Below, piece by piece: positions 36,776 through 51,348 of a stretch of DNA of 64,000 nt. The notes under the pieces are model-generated. The model made no database searches and had not been told where the DNA came from. It saw only the letters and a program-made list of their open reading frames with translations. The stretch lies in contig OZ218960.1 in NCBI GenBank assembly GCA_965112735.1, positions 1,674,001-1,738,000 on the forward strand. Direction: 5' to 3'. The position numbers and the translations under genes are program-made. Position 1 is the first letter of the stretch. Each line of letters starts with the position of its first letter. Source of the DNA: Phaeosaccion multiseriatum. Taxonomy: Eukaryota; Protista; Ochrophyta, other classes.

Positions 36776-37578
36776 TGGCAAGGACCGGCTGGACCACAAC
36801 CAATGCGCGTGCATCACCGGCACGAGAACCCCGACCCCCCCACACACATACTGAAGGCTGCAATTCCCCTGAAGGGGCAGGTGTTGTTAATCAACGACGT
36901 TTAATTATAATTCTAATAAATTTCATTTTAATTTTTTTTAAATAATTAATTCAATTAATTGAATGAATATACTTTAAAGCACCTTATGTTACAATAGCGC
37001 TTTTGTGCTCTGGGGTGGGCATTTTTCTTTTTATCGTACAAAGATTGCGGTGATGATACAAGTCAGGCACCACTGCTCCCCTCCTTGTAAGCACGCTGCG
37101 GCATGCCTGTTAATAATACAGTCGTGATAAACGTATCACTTCCCCTCTCCTCTCTTCTCCTCTCGCCTCTCCGTCTCCCGTTCTCTCAGTGTGTGCCTCG
37201 AGTAATTCGGGGGGTCTGAAGATAGTTACGTTGTCGTGCTCGCGTTCCTTCCTTTGAACCAAAGCAAACCCAAACTAGTCTTGCAACCCCCCTTACCTAC
37301 GGAGTGGTCATTGAATAACCAACACACACACACACCAAGTTCTCCCTCCCTTCGTGCCCCTAACAGTTTTGGGTACCCCCCCAAACCCCCATCCCCTCCC
37401 GCTACTTCACCTCCGTCACCAGGACCTGCTCGCTGCCACTCCGCTGCGCTCTTCTCCCCCGACTCGGATCGCATATTTCTTCGCTGACACATCCATCCAT
37501 GATGTCGCTTCGAAGAAACACATTCTTGTAATAACCCCTCCCCACCCCCCACCCCCTGCTCACATCGCCTGGTAAGCC

Positions 37579-40500
37579 TTAGAAGGCCTCCTCTTCGTCT
37601 GGGAAAAAATTCTTCCTCATCTTCCTCTTGCTGTTCATCCCCTCCTCCTCCTCCCCCCCCTCCTCCTCCTCCTCCTCCTCCTCCTCCTCCTCCTCCTCCC
37701 GTGTCACCAACTGCTGCTGCTGCATCACCGACTGCTCCTCCACGAGCTGTGCGTGGTGGCGAGTGATCCAAGAGTGCTCAAGGGCGTCATGCACAGAGAG
37801 CCTCTTGTCCGGATCCGCCTCCATCAGCCGTGAGATAAAGTCCATCGCATCGAGAGACACCTCTGCCCACGCAGGCATGGTAAATTCAAACTCACATTCT
37901 CTGTTGCGCCGCAGAATGTCCGCCATCTCTCGGGCCTGCCCCTCCTCCTCGTCCTCCTCGTCCTCCTCCTCCTCCTCCTCCTCCTCGTCGTCCTCCTTGT
38001 CGAAGGGAGCCTCAACGTCGAAAATGCTTCCCATGATACTCCCTTCCTCATCCTCTTTGGGAAGAGCACAAAAGGGCTCATAGCCACAGAGGCTCACAAA
38101 CGCCACCACCCCCGCGGAGAACTCGTCCACTTTGTTGACATAGTACGCATTCTCAGGAGCCGCTGGAGGACCAACAGGAGAACCAACAGGAGCAGCGGCT
38201 GATGATGATGCGGCGGCGTCCCCCTCGCCTTCTGGTGTAGAAAGCGCATTGTTGTTGTTGCCCTTCTCCCCCCCCTCTTCCTGCCCATCACCCTCCTCCT
38301 CCTGCTGCTCCTCCTCCTCCCTCGCCTCCTCCTCCGGAAAGTTCACGACACCAACCACCTCAAACGCGCATAACTTCTCTCCTGCCGGGGACCCAAAGAC
38401 CCTAAACTCGCATTCGCCCTCCGCTTCCGCCACTCTGCTCTCCACCCCTGCCCCTATCCCATGCAATGCCCCTGCCCTTCCTCCTCCTTCTTCTTCTTCC
38501 TCTTGCTCGTGTATCTCCAGGGGTTGCAGTGCCAACCCCCCCACCCCCCCGAGAATCTCTGGAGCCGCGTAACCTGCCGTCCCGCAGCGGCCCGAGAGCA
38601 GACCCTTCTCGTCGACTCGTTCGGCCATGTGGAAGTCCACGAGGCTCACGTGAAGCGGGGCACACAAGAGCCCGGGCCTATGCAAAGCAACATGACGACG
38701 AGGGGGGAGGAGGGAGGTGAGGTGTGCGGACCAGGTGATACGTAAGTGTGGGGGGGGAGGGGAAGCGAAGGGAGGAGGACAAGAGGAGGAGAAGGGAGAG
38801 GAGGAGGAGGAGGAGGAGGAGGAGGAGGAGGAGGAGGAGGAGGAAGAGGAGGAAGAGGAGGAGGAGGAGGAGGAGGAGGAGGAGGAGGAGGAGGAGGAGG
38901 AGGAGGAGGAGGAGGAGGAGGAAGAGGAGGAGAAAATGAAAGAAAAAAAAAGCAGAAAAGAAAAGGAAGACAACACACTTACGCTTTCGACGCAGTGGCG
39001 GGTTGGTAGTCTACATACTCGCAGAGGCCGTCGTCACTTCCTTCCTCATCACTCTCCTCCTCGTCAGGCGTGTACTTATCGCGCTGCTTGGAGGGGAAGC
39101 TGAAGCTTGCCGGGCTGTCAAAGCGAAGACAGCAGTCCTCCTCTACACCTCCCCTATCGGCAGCAGCAGCAGCACCACCACCACCACCACGACGCAGTGA
39201 TGACTCCTCCTCCCCCCCCTCCTCCTCCTCCTCCTCAAAGGAAGGGGTAGGGGGCGCAACTATGACAAGGTTGGAAGGCTTAATGTCTCGATGCGCGCAG
39301 CCCGAGCCCCTCATCGTTCGAATGCCCAGTAACAGACTTCTCATCACGCTGGCCACCACCGCCTCTTCCAAGGCACCCTCCCTCGTCACCACGTCCAGCA
39401 AGGTTTCCGTGCCGACGTGTTGAGACTCCACAAGGAAAAAGTCTTGTGTCTCGTAACAGCCGTGGAAGAGAGCGATGCCCGAGGAGGATGGCAGTGGATG
39501 GGAGGAGAAGGTCGAGGGCGTCTGCGGCTGTGACACCTCCTCCTCCTCCTCCTGCTGCTGCTGCTGCTGCTGCTGCTGTGAAAGGGACTCCGAGAAGGTA
39601 TGGAGGGCCCTCTGCGACAAGTGTGCGTGCAAGAGCGTGCCTCTCACAACGGCGTGTGTGTGCCCCCTCTCCGCCCCCTCCTCTCCAAGCTTGTGCTTGT
39701 TGTAGACTTGGAGCATGCAGGACCGCCCCAGGGTACCGTCCGTCTGAGGATGGGCAAGGAATGGCAGGGGATAGCAGGGGATGGGGTAGAGTGAGTGTAT
39801 GAAAACACGAAGCAGCAGCAGCAGCAGCAGCAGCAGAAGAAGAAGAAGACACGCATTCTTTGTGCTTACTTACCCGTCCGAATCGCCGCCTCGCGCCCGA
39901 TATCAGTTGCCGAAAGCTCTCGCAACCCCCTCCTCCTCCTCCTCCAATATCAAGAGCAGGAGGCAGGTCGTACAATTCGTCGATTCGCCTTGGGGCAGCC
40001 CTGCTTCTGAAGAGGGCTAGCCAGCCCTCTGTGTCTCGGACACTTGTGGACCTGAGGAGAAGGACTGAGCCCGTGGATGGGCTGGCCACTCGCACCAGCT
40101 GGCTCCGGGAAGGGGACGATGGACAGGATATGAGTGTGACGGAGCAACCGTTGAGTGGAAATGCACCCACCTGAGACAGAGAGAAAGAGAGAGAGAGGGA
40201 GAGGGGGGGAAAGGGGGGGGGGAGGAGGAAGGGAGGGAGAGGGAGGGGGAGGGAGAAGAACGTGAGGGCAAGAGAAGCTCCACCAACGATTCTGCTGTAA
40301 GCGGTATCCGCCAAGAGCTCGTCATTTTCTCGCCCTAAGCACGGTACTCACAAGGAAGACAGAGCAGCCACAAAAAAAGACGCCGCCCCCCCCCCCCCCC
40401 CCCCGCCCAATCAAATAACGGCCCTTCTGCTAGTCACTCCCAGTGACTTACTACTGCTCACTCTCAATGGCTTACCACAGCTCACTCCCAGTGACTTAGA

Positions 40501-42542
40501 TGACTTACCAAAAGCTGGTCTTGCAAGAAGCTCTGTCGGCGGCCTGCCAGTGGGGTGTGGGTGTGGGGGCTCTCGTTGCTGCCGCCCACGGTGGCGGCAG
40601 GGGCGGCTACAGACGACCCAGCAATTGGTGATACAGCAGCAGAAGAGATGGTAGCGGACGCTGTAGGAGTGGCGGCAGCAGCGTCATCGCCCCCGGTGGG
40701 CAGTGCGAGGCGGTACTCAAGGAGATAGTGCTGCAAGAGCACAAGACAGCCCGGCTTGATCCACTTGACCTGCTCCTCCTCTTCCTCCTCCTTCTCCGTC
40801 TCCTGCTCCTCCCTCTCTTCCTCCTCTCCAGAAAGACCGACACCGCCACCGACAAGGGTCGAAGACGAGGAGAGCGACAAGAGTACGTCGGCACCCTCGC
40901 TGATGCGGTAGGCCTGATGTGGCTCGAGCATTGCAAAATCCGCTGCCACTGCCGCTGCAACTGCTTGTCTCTCCGTTTCTTCCCCTCCCACCCCCACCTT
41001 CTCCTGTTGAGCAGCAGCAATAGCAGCAGCATCATCCCGCTCTTGTGCGGTCCCTATTGCTGTTGTTGCCGCCGCCGCCGCCGCCGTCGTTGCTGCTGCT
41101 GCTGCTGCTACGCCAAGGTCCTCCACAGCCACCATGGGGAGCGACCAAGGGAAGGGCGATAACATGCCTGCCTCGTGGTTGGGGATGGCAGCCGAAGGAA
41201 GCTCTGCAAGGATGGAGGGCAGCATCCACGAGGGAGATGATGACGCCGCACATCGCGTTGGAGGAAGAGGAGTGCCGCCTGGCATCGTCACTCGGCACCC
41301 CCCACTGCAACAGAGGGGTAGCACGAGCTGCTCCAAGTCCTCCTCCTCGTCCTCCTCCTGCTCTTTGTCCACCTCCTCCTCTCCCTCCTGGTCCTCTTCC
41401 TTCGTCTCCTCCTCGTACTCCTGCTGCTGCTGCTGCTGCTGCTGCTCCTCCTGCTCCTCTTGCTCTTTGCGTCCATTCTGAGCCCCTTCTGTCGACCAAG
41501 CAGACTGCAACGATTCATTCCGTTTTCCCTTAAAACTTCCCCGTTCCTCCTCCCCTTCCGAGTCCGGTGCTGTCTCCAATGAGAAGCGCCCGTCGTCAGC
41601 CGCTGCTGCTCGGTCTTTTTCTCCTATTTTGGGCCCAAAGTGGACAGAGAGGGCACCGATGACCTTCCCCAGCCAACCGAGCCCTCCTCTCTTCTGCTGC
41701 TTGCGCTGCTGCTGGTGCTGCTGCCACCGCTGTTGATTCGCATTCTGCCACCTCTCCTGTTGCTGCTCCTGCTGCTGTTGCTTCGCTTTCTGCCGCCTCT
41801 CCTGCTGCTGCTCCTGTTGCTGCTGCTGCTCCTGCTGCTGGTGCTGGTGCTGGTCCTGCTCTTGCTGCTGTTGCTTCTGTTGCTGTTGTTGCTTCGCTTT
41901 CTGCTGCCTCTCCTGATCCTCCTTAAATTCTTGCTCCTCCTGCTGCTTCTGCTTTGTTGGCCACAGGAAACCCTGCTTCTTCACGGACTCAACCGAGTCT
42001 TTCGGCCCTTCGCCACGAGCCTCCGGCACCCGCTGGCCAGTCTCCATGGTGGTGGTGCTGCTGCTGCTCATCATTCTACCTTCCCCGTTCATGCTGTTGC
42101 TGAAGGATGAATGCAATTCTAGTACCGCGGCCTTGTTACAGAAGCCGTGACGACAAAAGCCTCCATCCAAATCGTAGCCTTCTTCTAGGCTCTGCTGCTC
42201 TGGATGGTGAAAGCCGCCGCTGGGGCAGCGTTGCCAGCTCTTGTTGCTGCCAGTACTACTGCTGCTGTTGCTGAGATTACCAGGGGTGGGAGTGGGTCTC
42301 GACCTGTGCATATCCGGTGGGTGAAGACCCCGCACATCGGAGCCGCCGAGCCTTTCGGGGCCAAGCGGGTGGCCAACATCTGTGCCCGTCGCCGGCCCCG
42401 GGCTGTACAGAGAGAAGGAGCGGCTTCGTGAGTCCGGAGTGCATAGCGATGCTGTCTCCCCCTCGTCCACAAAAACCTCAAGGTCTAGTCCTTCCAAATC
42501 CTTGGCGGAGAGAGGGAATATCCCAATCCCGTGAGATTCCAT
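37579..42542 (-). CDS. PH-domain plus CAMK-like Ser/Thr kinase (possible pseudokinase), ~1396 aa, at least 4 exons
   Basis: Exons 42542-40509, 40170-39874, 39743-38983, 38677-37579 (4191 nt). Split PH-like domain (LVLLQHYLLEY...VGAFPLNGCSV...EGWLALF). Kinase motifs HRDIKPSN, CGTAGYAAPE, LCGYEPF, DPDKRLSVHDALEHSWI. The start codon is uncertain. Confidence 0.82.
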
Positions 42543-42898
42543 CTCTCGGCTCTCGGCAAAGCAGCAGTCATCAACTACAAGAGGACAAGCGAGGCCCAAG
42601 CGACAAGCCGCGCGAATAATGTCTTTCCGCTCCTTCTTTGTGGACCAGGAGAGGAGGGGGTACCATAAAAGTGAATATGCTGGAAGGGGAAACGAATATT
42701 ATTCATATTTTTTGCCCCCTTAAAGTGCCATCTGCCGTCGCGCAAATGACGTAATAAATCAAATCAACGCCTTTTTCTATCATCCCACCAAGGGGAAAGA
42801 GCAAGGTTTGGAGGAGGAGGGCGAGAGTCACGCATATTACAATGAGACGAGTGCAACTACATCATTAAACTGTTCAGAATGGCCCGACTGAGATACAA

Positions 42899-45667
<2,769 letters not shown>

Positions 45668-46464
45668 CTTTGGGTTGCCTGAGCTCTCTTGTGTTGTTGT
45701 CTTCCGATCGTCGCCTTGGCGGTATAGCGGTTTTGTGACAGGTGCGGAGCGGTCCGGACACGCCGTCGCCAGCTGGAGAAACGGAGGACCAACCCTCCCA
45801 TAGAAATTCTCGAACTCTCCTCCTATTAAGTCAATAAAGTTCCCCTTCTCAAAGCAATGGGTTAAAGCTGAGTGCGGTGGATTGGGGTGTGGGATGGATA
45901 GGGGCTAATGTGGAATGTACTGAATTGAGCTGAGCTGACGCTTTGGTGTCTCAAACTTTGTTTCTTCTCTCCTTTTAGCAGCCTTCCAGTTTTGTTGGGG
46001 AGGGGGGAAGGAATTGATGTTGCTGCTCCCGTCGGTGCTCCAACCCATGATTTAGGTTGCAGACGAACATATGGGGATCAGAGTTGTGCTTTTGGTGGGA
46101 CCAGCATCCGCAGCAGGATGCGATAGGACCAGCCAGCGCCTTCGCAGTCACACGGCCGCAACGCGACTACACCAGCCGCATTACGACACAAAGTCGGCAA
46201 AGGAAGCTAAGCGCGTCGTCCCTCAGCTCGCGCGGTGGCCGGAGTGAGTAATCTGGGATATGTTGGTGGCCCAGTGGAAAGGGGTGGACTCGTCCAATGC
46301 TTTGGCGGACGTCGGAAGCTCCGTCCCATAGAGCTGCAAAAGTTGGTCAGGTCCTATCCTTTTCCCTCTGCTTCTTGACTTCAGCCCCTTTCTCCCTCAT
46401 ATGCGACTGCGGGTGCCGGCTCAGTGACAGCATCTCGAGCTCTGCGCAGCTTCTCTGTGGAGGC

Positions 46465-46640
46465 AGGGCTTCGATAATCAGGCCAAGGAGGGTGGGGTCA
46501 ACTATACGCAAGGGGGGGAGAGGAAGAGGTGCTCGTGGAGGGCTCCGAGGGTGGGGTCTGCGTGAATCACGGGGCCATAGTCAAGAGGTGCTCTGTGGAG
46601 GGCTGCGAGAATGGGGTCTGCGTGAATCACGGGGCCTATA
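46465..46640 (+). pseudogene. Relic of tandem CxxxGC...GxCxxHG (WRKY19-like) zinc-finger repeats
   Basis: Three degenerate units across a frameshift: GFDNQAKEGGVNYTQGGERKRCS / VEGSEGGVCVNHGAIVKRCSVEGCENGVCVNHGA. DNA-level tandem copies at ~46526 and ~46584. Confidence 0.55.
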
Positions 46641-48369
46641 CACACAGAGAGAGAGGGAGACAATCACACCTACACACGTACACACACATACATACACACG
46701 CCCATGGTGTCTTTCGTTCAGGCCCATAGTTGGGCCGCCTCCCCGGCCACGCAGAGGAGGAGGGATGGCGGTGTATCTTCCCGTTTCTTCTACTACTACT
46801 TCCTGTACAGTGCTTGCATTTTTGACACACTTTTGTGATACGTTTTGGAGGTTTTGTTTTGTGAATAAAGAGGAAGGCGTAGGATGGTGTAAAAGAAAGA
46901 CATACTGATATACTATAGGGATGGCAGTGGGAGAAGCTCACTGCGGGTGGGTCCAACAGGACACAATTCACTCAACACACTAACCAACCCCACAAACCCA
47001 CCGCGACGACGCGAAACAAACTCTTGGGCAGACAGGTCCTCCATTCGCAGCGACTTGGAGGAATGCTCTGAACTCCTTTCCATTCATTCCACGAAGCCGT
47101 TCCAAACGCTGTGGAATTGAATTTCATTCCACACCGCTACGTACGTGTAAGGCTTCCGCGAAAAGTGAGAGGCGCGGACTCAGCGGCATACCATACCCTC
47201 CACAAATGGCTGAGAATGGAGGACCAACCCCTTCGCTGCACAAAGCCCCCCCCGAGGAAGAGCGGATAAAGAGGGAGCAGCAGAGGACACAGCGGCCGGT
47301 GCCTTCTCGCCTCAGACAACGCGGAAGAAGGGCCGACCCCAGAAGCTGAAACTCATGATGAATCGACCCACAGCAGCAGCAGGTCCGTCCCTCCCCTCCC
47401 CACCCCCTGTCCGATCAGAACGAAGAGAGTCCTCCATTCGGCCGGGCCCAAGTCTATACATCCAGCGCCAGCAGCGGTATGCCCACGCGTTGGGCTCTTG
47501 GAGTGGTTTGTAAAAGAGAGCCCCCTCCCCTCCGCGCATCCTCTACGGTAATCCTCCACGGCTATCCTCCACGGTTGCGGCTCCCGCAGTCACGGCCTCC
47601 TTTCGTCCGTTCATTGCCGCCCTGTTGTCGGCATTGACGAGCAGAGCGCACGGGAGGCACTTAATGGGTGACCATGCGCACGTTGGTTGCCCTGCACCTA
47701 CTGTACCACCAACTGCTGCAGCTGCTGCTGCTCTCCTACTGTTGCTCCTGCTCCTGCTGCTCCTACTGCTGCTGCCACTACCTCTCTAGTGGCATGTACT
47801 TGCGCTCTCGCTAAAAAGCCGTCCTCACCTTCAGCCCTCGCCTTCAGCCCTCGCCTCCGTAACGAGCTGGTGCAGCCTGTCTGCGAGGAACCCTGGTTTG
47901 TTCTCTTGGCACACTGAGGCTGGGCAACTGCCTGCCTGCCTCGTCCAAGTTCATCACTGCAAACCAAGTGACGGGGGATGGTGGGAAAGGGGCATGCCTG
48001 CGTGTCTCAGGCCCATCCTCTGAGGACCATATGCGTTTCATCTTTCATGTCGTCCTAGACGCACCATCGACCATCCTGTCAGTTGTCCAGTCCAGCCGAG
48101 CCGTCTGTGAATTTGAATGAGCAACGCCCACACATCCCAGACACGCCCACACACACACATCCGCTGCCATCCGCCGCTGCTGGACTCCTCCTCATGCAGC
48201 TATTAAACACAATCCCATCCGAAGGGGGGTCCTTGAAAGTGCCCACAGTTGCCCCAAAGGTGCCAAAAGTGCTCTCAAGTGGCGACGAAGCTTAGCCGTC
48301 GGTAGGCACGGTACGGTACCGTACGCGAAGAATCACTCGCAGTTTGGCTTTCCTCAGCCAATAGAGTCC

Positions 48370-48560
48370 CTTCCCCTCTCCGTGTTCGTGGGGGCCAGAG
48401 TAGAAGCAAAGCCCATACAAAACAAAACCGCCGTGCATCTTCAACCAAAGAAGTAGCAGCAATGACCGTACAAAACAAAACCGGAGTGCATCTTCAATCA
48501 AAGTAGCTTCCCTTCCCGTGCGCGCTGGGCCAGAGTAGCGAGGCAAAGACCACAAACATG
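48370..48560. repeat. Degenerate nested tandem repeats (TACAAAACAAAACCG..GTGCATCTTCAA x2; GGGCCAGAGTAG x2)
   Basis: Directly visible duplications downstream of the proteasome gene. Confidence 0.7.
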
Positions 48561-48895
48561 CATGTCTACAAAGCCGCCCTCTCCAGGTCCGTCCCACGTC
48601 CTATCAGTGGTGCGATGACGAGCGATGACGAGCGATGACGTGTGACTTTCTCGACGATTGAAGGCTCTCTGAAGAAGGAAGTTAGGTTTCTCTGAGGGGG
48701 TCGCTCGCCGAAGCTGTTTGCTCCTCCTGCTAATCTCTTACTCGACCCGGGGGGGAGAGAACGCAAGCCGCGTGACATGGTCATGAGCCCTCCACTGTCA
48801 GCCTCTCCCCATCCATTGCCATCCTGCCAGTACACCTCTCGCCCCGTGAGAATGGAATGGCCATCTCCACACAAGAGCAAAGTGCCCTCTCTTCT

Positions 48896-49442
48896 TCAGT
48901 GCTTGCTCAGCCGAAGAGTCTCCCTCCTTACCCCCTCCCCGGTGAGAATGGCAATGTCCACCTCATCCCCAAGCGTAATGTCCCTCTCCGCCCCCGCCAC
49001 GAATGCTTCCCTCACCAGAGACAAGGCCTCCGCACAGCTGCAAGAGACCACCTCCCCGCCGTCCAGAGCAGTTGATGATACGGCAGCAGCAGTTGGCGAT
49101 ACAGCAGCAGCACTAGCATCCCCTCCTTCCTTATCCGCCCTCTGCTGCTGCTCCTGCTGCTGTATCACCAACTGCTGCTGCTGCTGCTGCTGCTGCATGT
49201 TGCTCAGTCCGTCCAGCACGCTCTGCATGATGGCACGTCCGCCGCCCGTGCACGCCACACAATGTCTGCGTGCGGTGTGGTATGTGGGGCGGCGTCGATA
49301 AAGCAGCAGGTAGAGCAGCAGGGGTACATTGGAGAGATCAGCGCCAGGACGTGGGAAGTCGAGTAGAGCAGCCGCTGCCAGCAGCAGGAGGAGCAGCAGC
49401 AGAAGTAGAAAGTAGAAAGTAGTCGTAGTTGTAGTTGTAGAG

Positions 49443-49479
<37 letters not shown>

Positions 49480-50994
49480 AAGGAGGAATAGTAGTAGTAG
49501 TAGTAGTAGTAGTGAGCCACCCCTCCCCTTCCCATCCCTCCTGCCCACCCCCCTCCCTCCCTCCCTCCCTCCTCGGCAGCTCCTTGCCTACTCACGTACT
49601 TCTTCCTTACTTCCTAACTGACCTACTCACCTCTCGAAGGAGCCCACAGAGTCGTAGGAATACACGGCTCCCACCCCCCTCTCGTCCAACCCCCCCACCA
49701 CAGCAGCCACATAGTAGGGAAACGCTCTGCGGTAGTACAGGTTGGAGCTCAGGAGCTGGCTCAGGGGCTTCACCCCCAGGGGTCGGCTCTGGTCCCACTC
49801 GTACTGAGGTGGTGGGTGTGGGTGTGTGTGTGTGCGTGTGTGGGTGTGGGTGTGTGTGTGTGTGTGTGTGTGGGTGTGTGGGTATGTGTGTGGGTGTGGG
49901 TGTGTGTGTGTGTGTGGGTGTGTGTGTGGGTGTGTGTGTGGGTGTGGGTGTGGGTGTGGTTGTGGTTGTGATCGTGGGTGGATATAAAAGAAGGTAGGGG
50001 TAGAGGTAGGGGTAGGACAGGGGGGGGAGGGTGGCAGGGATGGAGGGAGGGATAGAGGGAGGGAGGGAGGGAGGGAGGGATGGAGGCAGGGAGGGAAGGA
50101 GGGAGGGAAGGAGGGAGACCAGTATTGAATAGTGAGCGGCGCGGCATGCCTGCTACTCAAGCCATCTTTGCAGGCCTTCGCTGACTTACTCAGCTCTCCC
50201 TCTCTCTTTCACACACCCAGAGAGTGGTTAAGGAGACTGACACAACAGGCTCACTGTCACTGATTTGCTGGCTCTCTTTGTAATGTAACACACAAAAACT
50301 AATACACACATTACATACTTGCGCTCTCTCACACCCAGTCTAAAGAGCGACAAAGACTGCTGACTGACTAATCTTACCTTTCTGGCCAGGAAGCCGAGCT
50401 CTTGGCGCATCCCCTGCACGTCAGCACAGCACCCTCCCATGGCCATGAGCGTCCCTCTGGACACGGAGAAGATGCGACTGATGGACCGAGTCAACACAGT
50501 GTAGCCATCCACTAGTCTGCAGGGGGGGTAGGGGTGGCATTAAGGGGTGGAGGAAGGGCAAAGAGGCGTGGCAATGGAGAGATAGGAGATAACGAACAGC
50601 TCTTCTCCTTCATCTTCTCGTTCTTCTCCTTTGGGGGATCAACACACTACCTCGTATCTGCCGCGACGATAACAAAGTCCTTTCCCGCCACAGCCACCAC
50701 AGTTCCTCCATTGTTTGCGTACGGCTCGAAACCACGCTGAAAGGCTGCTTGGACGACGGAATCATGCGGTAAGCTGAACATAGGAGGGTGGTCCACGGCC
50801 GCTGCTGAAGTGGAAGGCACTTCCGTACTGAAGGCACTCGAGCTCCTGAGCAACCCTTCGCTGGACAGAGGCAACCTGGCCCTCTCAATATTGGGAAGAA
50901 GTTCTCTTGCAGAGGAGGACAGCGAGGGTGCCGCAGCCACCACGCGTAGGCTACTGAGCGCCAGCAGGAAGGTGCTACTGCTGAGACAGAGCAT
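48896..50994 (-). CDS. PSMB1: 20S proteasome subunit beta type-1 (beta6/PRE7) with a long N-terminal signal-peptide-like extension, 4 exons
   Basis: Exons 50994-50651 (alternative upstream ATG at 51126), 50516-50378, 49803-49631, 49265-48896. Motifs [63 protein letters not shown]. Confidence 0.9.
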
Positions 50995-51009
50995 GGCGAC
51001 CAGGGACCT

Positions 51010-51040
<31 letters not shown>

Positions 51041-51348
51041 GGCCGTGAGAGCCTTGAAGGACGGTCTCGTTCCACGCATGGCTGAGCCTCTTCTGCTTCC
51101 GCTACTACTGCCGCTAGTGGAAGCATTTTTCTCTCTTTTTACTCTTTTTTCTCTCCGCTTGGATATCCCGCTTGGGCGGGGTGTGGGTCGGAGAATTTCA
51201 ATTTCAGCCCCCACCCCCCCTGACTGCGAAGAGAGAGAGAGAGGATAAGAAAGAGAAAAAACAAGAGAGTTGGCGTGCTTGTACTTCATTTCGCGTCCAT
51301 CCTTTTGGCCGCTGAAGTGCAACTGGTCAGGAGAGGGAAGGGGAGAAA

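Noticed and set aside
40284-40334. Extra small kinase exon (GEKMTSSWRIPLTAESL)
   Set aside because: Weak donor, and the flanking exons already join in phase; possible but unsupported.
45801-45820. Heat-shock element upstream of polyubiquitin
   Set aside because: Only two correctly spaced nGAAn units (TTCtcGAA); insufficient without data.
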